Below are positions 54,862 through 64,000 of a stretch of 64,000 nucleotides of DNA, in pieces. Within the stretch, counting starts at the first letter, position 1; each line of letters begins with the position of its first letter. The notes under the pieces were generated by a model, which had not been told where the DNA came from, did not search any database, and worked only from the letters and a program-made list of their open reading frames with translations. Origin of the DNA: an uncultured Frankiaceae bacterium (lineage in GTDB: Bacteria > Actinomycetota > Actinomycetes > JAFAQI01); the NCBI GenBank assembly GCA_964395425.1, contig CAYNDD010000001.1, forward strand, positions 63-64,062. Reading direction: 5' to 3'. The position numbers and the translations under genes were made by a program.

Positions 54862-56334
54862 GTGACCGAGCAACCCGAGCGCGCTCACTACCAGGCGACA
54901 TTCGCGGTGCTCGCAACCGCAGTGGGCGCCTACGCGCTCCTTCAATCGTTGGTGATCCCGGTCCTGCCGACCATCGAGCGCGGCCTGCACACCACGCAGA
55001 ACACCGCGACCTGGGTGCTCACTGCGTACCTGCTCTCGGCCTCGATCTTCACGCCGATCATCGGCCGCCTCGGCGACATGTGGGGCAAGCAGCGACTGTT
55101 CGTGGTGGCACTGGCGGCGCTCGCAGCCGGGACGCTGTTGTCCGCGCTCGCCGGCTCGATCGGTGTGATGCTCGCGGGTCGCGTGATCCAAGGAGTCGGT
55201 GGAGGTGTGGTTCCCCTCGCGTTCGGCATCATCCGCGACGAGTTCCCCGCCGAGCGGGTGCCGGGGGCGGTCGGCGTGATCGCCGCGCTGGCCGCAGCAG
55301 GCGGCGGCCTCGGCATCGTGCTCGCCGGCCCGATCGTCGAAACCTTCGACTACCACTGGCTGTTCTGGATCCCGATGGTGATGCTCGTGCTGGCCGGGAT
55401 CGCCGCCCGCATCGTCATCCCCGAGTCGCCGGTCCGGCAGCCCGGCAAGCTTGCGTGGGGATCTGCGGTTCTGCTGTCGGCGTGGCTGGTCGCGTTGCTG
55501 TTGCCGGTGAGTGAGGCGCCGACCTGGGGTTGGGGTTCCGGCCGGGTCATCGCCCTGCTGGTGATCGCCATGTTGCTCGCGGCGGCCTGGGTGCTCGCGG
55601 AGACCCGATCGACACGGCCGCTCATCGACATGCGGATGATGCGAATTCCAGTGGTGTGGACGGCGAACCTGGTCGCTCTGATGTTCGGCGTCGGAATGTA
55701 CGCAACGTTCGCGTTCCTGCCGGAGTTCCTCCAGACCGCACCGTCGGCGGGCTACGGCTTCGGCGCGAGCATCACTCACTCCGGCCTGATCCTGCTGCCG
55801 TCGAGCGCGATGATGTTCGTCTTCGGTGCCGCGTCCGGACGGCTCACGCTCCGGTACGGCGGCAAGGCGGTCCTGATCACGGGCGCGACGATCAGCGTCC
55901 TCCCGTTCATCCTGCTGGTCGTCGCGCACGACCACCAGTGGCAGATCGTGCTCGCGACGACGCTGATGGGGATCGGCTTCGGGTTGGCGTTCTCGGCGAT
56001 GTCCAGCCTCATCGTCGAAGGTGTCCCGCCCGGTCAGACCGGCGTCGCGAGCGGGATGAACGCAAACATCCGCACCATCGGTGGCTCGATCGGCGCCGCC
56101 GTGATGAGCAGCATCGTGACCTCGACCGCGCGGGCAGGCGGCCTGCCCCGCGAGTCCGGCTACACCCACGGGTTCGAGCTGCTGACCGCGACCGCAGCGG
56201 CCGCCGCGCTTGCGACCACCCTGGTCCCGAAGCGGCACCGCGCGCTGAGCCAACCCGAGCTTCGGGACGCGCTGCCACACGCGGAGCTCGGCATGATCGC
56301 GGCCGGCACCCTGGTCGGGGACGAGCCCGAATGA
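54862..56334 (+). CDS. MFS transporter, DHA2/EmrB family (14-TMS).
   Basis: GRLGDMWGKQRLF motif. 14 hydrophobic segments. Stop overlaps the TetR start. Confidence 0.8.
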   Translation: MTEQPERAHYQATFAVLATAVGAYALLQSLVIPVLPTIERGLHTTQNTATWVLTAYLLSASIFTPIIGRLGDMWGKQRLFVVALAALAAGTLLSALAGSIGVMLAGRVIQGVGGGVVPLAFGIIRDEFPAERVPGAVGVIAALAAAGGGLGIVLAGPIVETFDYHWLFWIPMVMLVLAGIAARIVIPESPVRQPGKLAWGSAVLLSAWLVALLLPVSEAPTWGWGSGRVIALLVIAMLLAAAWVLAETRSTRPLIDMRMMRIPVVWTANLVALMFGVGMYATFAFLPEFLQTAPSAGYGFGASITHSGLILLPSSAMMFVFGAASGRLTLRYGGKAVLITGATISVLPFILLVVAHDHQWQIVLATTLMGIGFGLAFSAMSSLIVEGVPPGQTGVASGMNANIRTIGGSIGAAVMSSIVTSTARAGGLPRESGYTHGFELLTATAAAAALATTLVPKRHRALSQPELRDALPHAELGMIAAGTLVGDEPE

Positions 56335-56963
56335 GCCGGGCAGCCGCGATCGCGACCCGGCCGCATCTGCGCCGCGACGCCGCGGCGAACCGCCAGCACC
56401 TGATCGACGCCGCCTGGCAGGTCTTCGCGGACCGCGGGCTCGACGCGAGCGTCGAGGAGATTGCGCGGGTCGCGGGGGTCGGCGTCGGCACCCTCTACCG
56501 CCGGTTCAGCACCAAGGACGCGCTGGTCGCCGCCCTCGTCCAAGACGTGCTCGACGCCATGCTCGCCTTCGCCGAGGACGCCGCCGAGCAACCCGACGGC
56601 GGTGGGCTCGAGCGCTACCTCGAGGCGGCGAGCGCCTACCAGGCTGAGCACAGCGGCTGCCTTCCCCGGCTGTGGAACACCGACGTCGACAACCCGTCGA
56701 TCCACCGACTCCGTACGACGGTCGGCGGGTTGCTCGAGGACGCCAAGCGCCACGGCCGGGTGCGGGCCGACCTCACCAGCACCGATCTGACCGTGATCAT
56801 GTGGTCGATCCGGGGCGTGATCGAGACCACCCGGGGGGTGGCGCCCGAAGCCTGGCGCCGGCACCTCGGGATCGTCCTGGCCGGGATGCGGCCGGCCGAG
56901 CAGCCACTGGCACACCGGCCGTTGAGCCGGCCGCAGGTCGACAAGATCATCGCCGGCGACTAA
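56331..56963 (+). CDS. TetR family transcriptional regulator.
   Basis: RQHLIDAAWQVFADRGLDASVEEIARVAGVGVGTLYRRFSTKDALVAALV. Confidence 0.8.
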   Translation: MSRAAAIATRPHLRRDAAANRQHLIDAAWQVFADRGLDASVEEIARVAGVGVGTLYRRFSTKDALVAALVQDVLDAMLAFAEDAAEQPDGGGLERYLEAASAYQAEHSGCLPRLWNTDVDNPSIHRLRTTVGGLLEDAKRHGRVRADLTSTDLTVIMWSIRGVIETTRGVAPEAWRRHLGIVLAGMRPAEQPLAHRPLSRPQVDKIIAGD

Positions 56964-57006
56964 CAACCCGCGGGCTGTTTGAACGGCCAAACGATAACCT
57001 CGGAGG

Positions 57007-58668
57007 GTGACCCCCGGCGATCTTGCTGGCGCCGTCCTGTCCGCGATTCGAGCCGCGGTCACCGACGGCGACCTCGCCGTGCCCGTCCCGGACAGCGTGG
57101 TCATCGAGCGCCCTAAGAACAAGGAGCACGGCGACTACGCGACGAACGCCGCACTGCAGCTCGCCAAGCCGGCCGGCCGGCCGCCGCGGGAGGTAGCCGA
57201 GGTCATTGCCGGCCGACTGCGGTCGGCGGACGGCATCGACGCGGTCGAGGTCGCAGGCCCGGGGTTTCTCAACATCACGCTCTCGCACGGCGCTCAGGGC
57301 GAGCTGGCCCGGCTGATCGTGGCGGCCGGCACCGAATACGGCCGCAGCGACGTGCTGGCCAAGGAGCGGATCAACCTGGAGTTCGTCTCGGCCAACCCGA
57401 CCGGCCCGGTGCACATCGGCGCCGTGCGGTGGGCAGCCGTCGGCGACGCGCTGGGCCGGGTGCTGAGCGCGGCCGGTGCCGACGTCGCCCGGGAGTACTA
57501 CTTCAACGACGCGGGATCCCAGGTCGACCGGTTCGCCCGGTCACTGCTCGCCTCGGCTCGGCACGAGCCGATCCCAGAGGGCGGGTACGTCGGGGACTAC
57601 ATCGACGACATCGCCGCCGCGATCGTCGCCAGCCGGCCCGGGATTCTCGACCTCCCCGACGACGAGGCCCAGGAGGCGTTCCGCAGCGACGGGGTCGAGC
57701 TGATGTTCGCCGAGATCCGGCAGTCGCTGGCCGACTTCGGCGTTGTCTTCGACGTGTACTTCAACGAAAAGTCGCTGCATGACAACGGAAAGCTCGACGT
57801 CGCACTCGCGCGGCTGACCGAGCTGGGTCGCGTCTACGAGGACGGCGGCGCGCTCTGGCTGCGGACGACCGACTTCGGCGACGACAAGGATCGGGTGTTG
57901 CGCAAGGGCGACGGCGAGTGGACCTACTTCGCCGCCGACTGCGCCTACTACCTCGACAAGCGGGAGCGCGGGTTCGACCGGCTGATCTACATGCTGGGCG
58001 CCGATCACCACGGGTATGTCGGCCGGCTTCGCGCGGTTGCCGCGTGCTTCGGCGACGACCCGGACCAGACCGTCGAGGTGCTGATCGGTCAGATGGTCAA
58101 CCTGGTCACCGACGGCGAGCCGGTCCGGATGAGCAAGCGGGCCGGCAACGTCGTACTGATGGCCGACCTGGTCGACGCCATCGGGGTCGACGCCGCGCGC
58201 TACGCGCTTGCCCGCTACAGCAGCGACTCGCCGATCGACCTCGACCTCGGTCTGTGGGCCCGGCAGACCAACGACAACCCGGTGTTCTACGTGCAGTACG
58301 CCCATGCCCGGGTCTCCTCTCTATTGCGCAACGCCGCCAGCCTCGGGATCGAGCGCGGCGCCGACGCGGACTTCGACCCCGCCCTGCTGGCCGACCCGCA
58401 TGAAGGCGCGCTCCTCGGCGCGCTCGGCGAATACCCGCGGATCGTGATCGGCGCCGCGGAGCTCCGCGAGCCGCACCGGGTCGCGCGCTACCTCGAGGAG
58501 CTCGCGGCCACCTACCACCGGTTCTACGACGCCTGCCGGGTCCTGCCGATGGCCGACGAGCCCGCCACCGACCTCACCCGCGCGCGGCTGTGGCTGGTCG
58601 AGGCCACCCGGATCGTGCTCGCGAACGGCCTCGGCCTGCTCGGCGTGACCGCTCCGGAGCGGATGTGA
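57007..58668 (+). CDS. argS: Arginine--tRNA ligase.
   Basis: [10 protein letters not shown]... N-terminus collinear with mycobacterial ArgS. Class I HIGH-like [16 protein letters not shown] and KMSKR-like RMSKRAGN. Confidence 0.9.
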   Translation: MTPGDLAGAVLSAIRAAVTDGDLAVPVPDSVVIERPKNKEHGDYATNAALQLAKPAGRPPREVAEVIAGRLRSADGIDAVEVAGPGFLNITLSHGAQGELARLIVAAGTEYGRSDVLAKERINLEFVSANPTGPVHIGAVRWAAVGDALGRVLSAAGADVAREYYFNDAGSQVDRFARSLLASARHEPIPEGGYVGDYIDDIAAAIVASRPGILDLPDDEAQEAFRSDGVELMFAEIRQSLADFGVVFDVYFNEKSLHDNGKLDVALARLTELGRVYEDGGALWLRTTDFGDDKDRVLRKGDGEWTYFAADCAYYLDKRERGFDRLIYMLGADHHGYVGRLRAVAACFGDDPDQTVEVLIGQMVNLVTDGEPVRMSKRAGNVVLMADLVDAIGVDAARYALARYSSDSPIDLDLGLWARQTNDNPVFYVQYAHARVSSLLRNAASLGIERGADADFDPALLADPHEGALLGALGEYPRIVIGAAELREPHRVARYLEELAATYHRFYDACRVLPMADEPATDLTRARLWLVEATRIVLANGLGLLGVTAPERM

Positions 58669-60050
58669 GGGCGCACCCGGCCGGTGCCCTGCACGGCGAC
58701 GTCTCGGCGCCGCCGCACCCGCTCGGCCCGCCTCCCGAGGATCTCGGCCGGCTCGATCCCGCGGTCTGGCCGGTCGGCACCGAGCGCCTGGGTGGTGTCA
58801 TGCAGCTCGGCGGATGCGATGTGCGCGACCTCGCGGCCGCGCATGGCACCCCGGCGTACCTCATCGTCGAGGACGACGTGCGGGCCCGCTGCCGGGCCTA
58901 TCGCGCCGCCTTCGGACCCGACACCGACATCTATTACGCCGCCAAGGCGTTCCTGTCGAAACAGGTGGCACGCTGGATCCTCGACGAGGACCTGTCACTC
59001 GACGTCGCGACCGGCGGCGAGCTTGAGACCGCGCTTGCGGCCGGCGTGCCGGCCGAGCGAATCCTGTTGCACGGCAACAACAAATCGATCGCCGAGCTTC
59101 GTGCCGCGATCGAGTCCGGCGTCAGCCGGATCGTGCTGGACAGCGACCTCGAGATCGCTCGCCTCGCCTACGTGGCAGAGGCAGCCGGGGTGCGGCCGAA
59201 GGTGCTCGTGCGGGTCACGGTCGGCGTCGAGGCCCACACGCACGAGTTCATCGCGACCGCACACGAGGACCAGAAGTTCGGCTTCTCGCTGACCAGCGGC
59301 GCGGCCCTTGAAGCGGTGCGCCGGGCCTCGATGCTGCCGTCGCTCGAGCTGGTCGGGCTGCACAGCCATATCGGCTCGCAGATCTTCGACACTGCCGGTT
59401 TCGACGTTGCCGCACACCGGGTGATCGGCCTGCTCGGCACGATTCGCGACGCGCTCGGCATCACGTTGCCGGAGCTCGACCTCGGTGGCGGCCTCGGCAT
59501 TGCCTATACCTCCGACGACGACCCGGCTGACGTCGCCGAGGTCGCGAAGCAGCTTCGCACGATCGTCGACCGCGAGTGCGCTGCCCAGTCGTTGCCGGTG
59601 CCGCGGCTCGCGTTCGAGCCGGGCCGGGCGATCATCGGACCGGCCGGCGTGACCCTCTACGAAGTCGGCACGATCAAGGATGTCGACCACATCCGCACCT
59701 ACGTCAGCATCGACGGCGGGATGAGCGACAACATCCGAACCGCGTTGTACGACGCCGAATACACCTGCGTGTTGGCCTCACGGACGAGCGATGCCGAGCC
59801 GATGCTTGCTCGTGTGGTCGGCAAGCACTGCGAGGCGGGCGATATCGTCGTCCGCGACACCTGGCTGCCCGGCGACCTGGCACCCGGCGACCTGCTCGCC
59901 ATCGCCGCGACCGGCGCCTACTGTCGATCGATGGCGAGCAACTACAACGCCGTACCCCGTCCGCCGGTCGTCGCCGTGCGGGCCGGGGAGAGCCGCGTGC
60001 TGATCCGCCGCGAAACCGCTGCCGACCTGCTCGCATTGGACCAGGGATGA
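58665..60050 (+). CDS. lysA: Diaminopimelate decarboxylase.
   Basis: PLP-dependent fold III decarboxylase: YAAKAF (Lys-PLP), [27 protein letters not shown] start overlaps the argS stop. Follows conserved argS-lysA synteny. Confidence 0.85.
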   Translation: MRAHPAGALHGDVSAPPHPLGPPPEDLGRLDPAVWPVGTERLGGVMQLGGCDVRDLAAAHGTPAYLIVEDDVRARCRAYRAAFGPDTDIYYAAKAFLSKQVARWILDEDLSLDVATGGELETALAAGVPAERILLHGNNKSIAELRAAIESGVSRIVLDSDLEIARLAYVAEAAGVRPKVLVRVTVGVEAHTHEFIATAHEDQKFGFSLTSGAALEAVRRASMLPSLELVGLHSHIGSQIFDTAGFDVAAHRVIGLLGTIRDALGITLPELDLGGGLGIAYTSDDDPADVAEVAKQLRTIVDRECAAQSLPVPRLAFEPGRAIIGPAGVTLYEVGTIKDVDHIRTYVSIDGGMSDNIRTALYDAEYTCVLASRTSDAEPMLARVVGKHCEAGDIVVRDTWLPGDLAPGDLLAIAATGAYCRSMASNYNAVPRPPVVAVRAGESRVLIRRETAADLLALDQG

Positions 60051-61354
60051 CCGACCGGACGCTACGAGTCGCGCTGCTCGGTTGTGGCGTGGTCGGCACC
60101 GAGGTGGTCCGCCTGCTGCAGCTCCAGCGCGATGACCTCACTCAGCGGATCGGCGCCTCGCTCGAGCTGGTCGGGATCGCCGTCCGCCGGCCCGGCCGGG
60201 CCCGCGACCTGCCGGTCGACCCGGCGCTGTTCACCTCCGACGCCGCGGCACTCGTGGCGCGGGAGGACGTCGACGTCGTGATCGAGGTGATCGGCGGCAT
60301 CGAGCCGGCCCGGTCACTGCTGGTCGCCGCCCTCGAGCGCGGCGTCTCGGTGGTGACCGCCAACAAGGCGTTGCTCGCCGAAGACGGCGCAACCTTGTAC
60401 GACGCAGCCCGTCGTGGCAACGCCGATTTGTATTGCGAGGCCAGCGTCGCGGGCGCGATCCCGCTGCTCCGGCCGCTGCGCGAGTCACTGGCCGGCGACC
60501 GGGTGACCCGGGTGACCGGCATCGTCAACGGCACCACCAACTACATCCTCAGCCAGATGGACTCCACCGGCGCCGGGTTCGACGAGGCGCTCGAGGAAGC
60601 CCAGGCGCTCGGGTATGCCGAGGCCGATCCGTCCGCGGACATCGATGGCTTCGACGCGGCGGCGAAGGCGGCGATCCTGGCCGGGCTCGCCTTCCACACC
60701 CGGGTCACCGCAGCCGACGTCTACCGCGAGGGCATCGGGGAGGTGACCGCGAGCGACGTCAGGACCGCCCGCGACATGAACGGGGTCGTCAAGCTGCTCG
60801 CGATCGCCGAACGCGGCCCCGACCACTCGGGACGCGACTCGATCGGCGTGCGCGTGCACCCGGCGATCCTGTCGAGGACCCACCCGTTGGCCGGTGTGCG
60901 GGATGCCTACAACGCGGTGTTCGTCGAAGCCGATGCGGCCGGCCAGCTGATGTTCTACGGGCGTGGCGCCGGCGGCGCACCGACCGCCAGCGCAGTGCTC
61001 GGCGACCTGGTTGCGGTCTGCCGCAACCGGTTGAGTGACGCGCGCGGCGCCGGCGACTCGTCGTATGCGCAGCTGCGGATCCGCCCGATGGGGGAGACCG
61101 TCACGCGCTACCACGTCAGTCTCGACGTCGCCGACAAGGCGGGTGTGCTGGCGAGCGTCGCGCAGGCGTTCGCGGTCCACGACGTGTCGATCCAGACCGT
61201 GCACCAGGAAGGTCACGGCGACGAAGCGACATTGGTGCTCGTCACGCACGAGGCAACCGATGCGGCTCTGTCGGCGACCGTCGAGGAGGTCCGCCGGCTC
61301 GACTCGGTGCGGGCGGTGGCAAGTGTCATGAGGGTCGAAGGGGGCGTCGAATGA
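60047..61354 (+). CDS. hom: Homoserine dehydrogenase.
   Basis: NAD-binding [14 protein letters not shown], a catalytic domain, and a C-terminal ACT domain. ATGA overlap with lysA. Confidence 0.9.
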   Translation: MTDRTLRVALLGCGVVGTEVVRLLQLQRDDLTQRIGASLELVGIAVRRPGRARDLPVDPALFTSDAAALVAREDVDVVIEVIGGIEPARSLLVAALERGVSVVTANKALLAEDGATLYDAARRGNADLYCEASVAGAIPLLRPLRESLAGDRVTRVTGIVNGTTNYILSQMDSTGAGFDEALEEAQALGYAEADPSADIDGFDAAAKAAILAGLAFHTRVTAADVYREGIGEVTASDVRTARDMNGVVKLLAIAERGPDHSGRDSIGVRVHPAILSRTHPLAGVRDAYNAVFVEADAAGQLMFYGRGAGGAPTASAVLGDLVAVCRNRLSDARGAGDSSYAQLRIRPMGETVTRYHVSLDVADKAGVLASVAQAFAVHDVSIQTVHQEGHGDEATLVLVTHEATDAALSATVEEVRRLDSVRAVASVMRVEGGVE

Positions 61355-62424
61355 CCGCGACCATCGCGCGCACGTCGCCGTGGCGAGGGGTGATCGAGGA
61401 GTTTCGCGACCGGCTTCCGGTGACGTCGACCACGCCGGTCATCACCTTGCTCGAAGGCGGTACGCCGCTCCTGACCGCGCCGCGGCTGTCCGCCGCGACC
61501 GGCTGCGACGTGTTCCTCAAGGTTGAAGGCATGAACCCGACCGGTTCGTTCAAGGACCGCGGCATGACGCTCGCGATCAGCAAGGCGGCCGAGGAAGGCT
61601 CGAAGGCGGTCATCTGCGCCTCGACCGGCAACACCTCAGCCAGTGCAGCGGCGTATGCAGTCCGGGCCGGGATGATCTGCGCGGTGCTGGTGCCGAGCGG
61701 CAAGATCGCGATGGGCAAGTTGGCGCAAGCGCTCGTGCATGGCGCGCGGCTCCTGCAGGTCGACGGCAACTTCGACGACTGCCTCAACCTTGCCCGCGAC
61801 CTTGCCGAGCATCACCCGGTCTCGCTGGTCAACTCGGTCAACGCGTACCGGATCGAAGGTCAGAAAACCGCCGCGTTCGAGATCTGCGACGCCCTCGGCG
61901 ACGCACCGGACGTGCACTGCCTGCCGGTCGGCAACGCCGGCAACATCACGGCGTACTGGAAGGGCTACACCGAGTACGCCGCCGACGGCACCGCGACGAT
62001 GCGGCCGGTGATGCGCGGCTTCCAGGCGGCCGGCGCGGCACCGATCGTGCGCGGCGAGGCCGTGCCGAACCCGTCGACGATCGCCACCGCGATCCGGATC
62101 GGCAACCCCGCCTCGTGGCAGCAGGCGCTCGCCGCGCGCGATGAGTCGGGTGGTGCGATCGAGGCGGTCACCGACCGCGAGATCCTCTCGGCGTACCGGC
62201 TGCTGGCCCGCGAAGAGGGCGTGTTCGTCGAGCCGGCGAGTGCGGCAAGCGTCGCGGGATTGCTGCAGGCACACGCAAACGGATCGATCCGGCCGGGCAG
62301 CAAAGTGGTCTGCACCGTGACCGGCAACGGCTTGAAGGACCCCGAGTGGGCGATCGCCGGCGCGCCGGTGCCCATGACGATCGCCGCTGATGTCGCCGCC
62401 GCGGCCGCGGCGCTCGAGCTGTAG
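61351..62424 (+). CDS. thrC: Threonine synthase.
   Basis: PLP-lysine motif [14 protein letters not shown] overlap with hom. Confidence 0.9.
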   Translation: MTATIARTSPWRGVIEEFRDRLPVTSTTPVITLLEGGTPLLTAPRLSAATGCDVFLKVEGMNPTGSFKDRGMTLAISKAAEEGSKAVICASTGNTSASAAAYAVRAGMICAVLVPSGKIAMGKLAQALVHGARLLQVDGNFDDCLNLARDLAEHHPVSLVNSVNAYRIEGQKTAAFEICDALGDAPDVHCLPVGNAGNITAYWKGYTEYAADGTATMRPVMRGFQAAGAAPIVRGEAVPNPSTIATAIRIGNPASWQQALAARDESGGAIEAVTDREILSAYRLLAREEGVFVEPASAASVAGLLQAHANGSIRPGSKVVCTVTGNGLKDPEWAIAGAPVPMTIAADVAAAAAALEL

Positions 62425-62439
62425 TCGCGGGACACCCTG

Positions 62440-63363
62440 ATGGCCCGACGCGGCGGCCCGGCGTTCCGAGCGGCACCGCTGCGCGTGAAGGTACCGGCGA
62501 CCAGTGCAAACCTCGGTCCCGGCTTCGACGCGCTCGGCCTCGCCTTGGGCCTGTACGACGACGTCGTGGTGCGGGTGACCGATGAGCCGGGTCTCAGTGT
62601 CGATGTGGCCGGCATGGGCGCGGCAAGCGTGCCGCGCAACGCGCGCCATCTCGTGGTCAAGTCGATGCGGGCCGCGTTCAAGGTCCTCGGCGGGGCACCG
62701 AAGGGCTTGGAAGTTGTGTGTGCGAACCGAATCCCGCATGGTCGTGGCCTCGGCTCGTCTGCGGCGGCGATCGTCGCCGGTGTCGTTGCAGCACGTGGCC
62801 TGGTCGTCGGCGGCGCCGAGCGGCTCGACAACGCCGGCGTCCTCGAGCTGGCTGCATCGCTGGAAGGGCATGCGGACAACGTCGCGGCCTGCCTGCTCGG
62901 CGGGTTGACCGTGGCGTGGATCGATGACGGGGGCGCCAAGGCAGTATCTGTGCCGGTGACCACCTCACTTTCGCCAGTCGCGTTCGTGCCGGGCGCGAGC
63001 TCGTCGACCCGGGCCGCGCGACGGCTGCTGCCGGAGTCGGTGAGCCACGGCGATGCGGCGCGGAACGCCGGTCGCGCGGCCCTACTCGTCGCGGCGCTGC
63101 GCTCGGAGCCGGACCTTCTGATGGCCGCAACCGAGGACGCGCTGCACCAGTCGTACCGGGAAGCGGCCATGCCGCGCAGCGCGGCATTGCTCCGCGAACT
63201 CCGGGACGCCGGTGTGCCGGCCGTGATCTCCGGTGCCGGTCCGACCGTGCTTGCGTTGACCACCGCGGACACCCGCGAGCACGCGATGGGATTCGCCCGA
63301 CGCGGTTGGTCCGCGCTGCCGCTCGAGGTCGATCGAGGCGGGGCTCAGGTCGTCGCGCTGTAG
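62440..63363 (+). CDS. thrB: Homoserine kinase.
   Basis: GHMP kinase motif PHGRGLGSSAA. N-terminal VPATSANLGPGFDALGLAL. Confidence 0.9.
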   Translation: MARRGGPAFRAAPLRVKVPATSANLGPGFDALGLALGLYDDVVVRVTDEPGLSVDVAGMGAASVPRNARHLVVKSMRAAFKVLGGAPKGLEVVCANRIPHGRGLGSSAAAIVAGVVAARGLVVGGAERLDNAGVLELAASLEGHADNVAACLLGGLTVAWIDDGGAKAVSVPVTTSLSPVAFVPGASSSTRAARRLLPESVSHGDAARNAGRAALLVAALRSEPDLLMAATEDALHQSYREAAMPRSAALLRELRDAGVPAVISGAGPTVLALTTADTREHAMGFARRGWSALPLEVDRGGAQVVAL

Positions 63364-63689
63364 GGAAGCGGGACGCGGTCACCCGACACGCGGAACAAAG
63401 CGATTTTGTGAATTGTTGGCATCGACAGGCAGCGACCACTACGCTGTAGGTTGCGACAGCCGCCCCGACGGGGCGAGGTCCTCGCGAATTGCGCACCGAA
63501 ATCAGATGACATCCTTTAGTGAGGAAATCGTTTTCTGACTCCGTCGCGACCCCGCAGTCAACAACCGCGGGTGCACTGCGAGAGAACCCCTCCCGGGAGT
63601 GGCTCCACACACGTCCGCTGCACAGGCGGACCACGGTGCCGCCAGGCCGAAGTCGGCCGGCCGCACCACACCAGTAAGGAAGGATCCTT

Positions 63690-64000
63690 GTGAGCGAAAC
63701 TCACGATGTCGAGTCCGGCACTGCCACTGTCACGGCAGTCGGGGCCTCGACCCACAACTCTTCCGAGTCGTCCAACGGCTCGGGTGGCGGCACCCGCCGC
63801 CGCACCGCCGGTCTCTCGTCGAAGCTGCTGCCCGAGTTGCAGCAACTGGCCGGTGACCTCGGTATCTCCGGCACCGCGAAGCTGCGCAAGAACCAGCTGA
63901 TCGAAGCGATCCAGGCGGCCCAGTCGGGCGGCAAAGCCGGCTCGGTCACCGAGCCGGCTCGCGCCGACGCGGACGCTACGACGCGCACCCGCGCCGCCGG
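63690..64000 (+). CDS. rho: Transcription termination factor Rho, 3'-partial, with an N-terminal low-complexity extension.
   Basis: AAGGAAGGA RBS then GTG. LSSKLLPELQQLAGDLGISGTAKLRKNQLIEAIQAAQ matches the Rho N-terminal domain. Conserved thrB-rho synteny. Confidence 0.8.
   Translation, partial: MSETHDVESGTATVTAVGASTHNSSESSNGSGGGTRRRTAGLSSKLLPELQQLAGDLGISGTAKLRKNQLIEAIQAAQSGGKAGSVTEPARADADATTRTRAA

Noticed and set aside
54847-56280. 477-aa minus-strand ORF.
   Set aside because: Antisense to the DHA2 MFS transporter. Extremely Arg/His/Asp-rich and not protein-like.
55530-56330. N-terminal 267 codons of the long 55530-56963 plus-strand ORF.
   Set aside because: This part is an alternative frame inside the MFS gene. 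Only the segment from ATG 56331 (the TetR regulator, with an ATGA overlap) is coding.
59576-60046. N-terminal extension of the hom ORF (the 592-aa version).
   Set aside because: The extension overlaps lysA in another frame and is Arg/Pro/Gly-rich. The conserved Hom N-terminus ([21 protein letters not shown]) begins at ATG 60047.
1-64000. CRISPR arrays, rRNA genes, additional tRNAs, IS elements with inverted repeats.
   Set aside because: No regularly spaced direct repeats, no rRNA-like conserved stretches, no second T-arm (GGTTCGAATCC) match, and no transposase-like ORFs were seen.

Overview
High-GC (about 70%) Actinomycetota-like chromosomal segment with two distinct parts. Nearly every predicted gene has a long antisense ORF caused by GC richness; these were discarded. 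No CRISPR array, rRNA or intact transposase was seen.

Positions 1-37,900 form a dense catabolic/accessory block:
- A 5'-partial Tat-signal agmatine deiminase-family gene.
- A DyP-type peroxidase whose C-terminus carries an encapsulin targeting peptide, immediately followed by a family 1 encapsulin shell gene.
- F420/LLM oxidoreductase, acyl-CoA dehydrogenase, two amidohydrolase-2 proteins, a CocE/NonD hydrolase and a TetR regulator.
- A Liv-type ABC importer in which LivH, LivM and LivG are fused into one 962-aa polypeptide, plus a separate LivF.
- A GntR/FCD regulator.
- A Baeyer-Villiger monooxygenase, esterase, Zn-ADH and SDR operon.
- An AtuA-like protein with a DUF4387-like partner, two family III CoA-transferases, an acyl-CoA synthetase, an NTF2-like protein and an aldehyde dehydrogenase.
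- Two divergent secreted proteins, an MFS/TetR pair, and an ECF sigma with a zinc-finger anti-sigma factor.

Positions 38,000-54,700 look like an accessory island:
- An HspR-like MerR regulator divergent from an Hsp20 gene.
- A degenerate tyrosine-integrase fragment.
- An AbiEi/AbiEii type IV toxin-antitoxin (abortive infection) pair, immediately followed by a start-less WYL-domain remnant.
- A membrane protein, a 900-aa AAA-LuxR (LAL) regulator, an MFS gene, and a DUF4260 + MmpL pair.
- A small hydrolase / saccharopine-DH-like / epimerase / Asp-racemase cluster.
- A tRNA-Arg(CCG) gene at the island's far end.

The window ends with the conserved argS-lysA-hom-thrC-thrB-rho housekeeping locus.

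Two pairs of conserved cis-elements stand out as unexplained structure:
- A 33-nt AT-rich motif upstream of two catabolic operons.
- A 34-nt GGGTCG-direct-repeat motif on either side of the LAL-regulator module.
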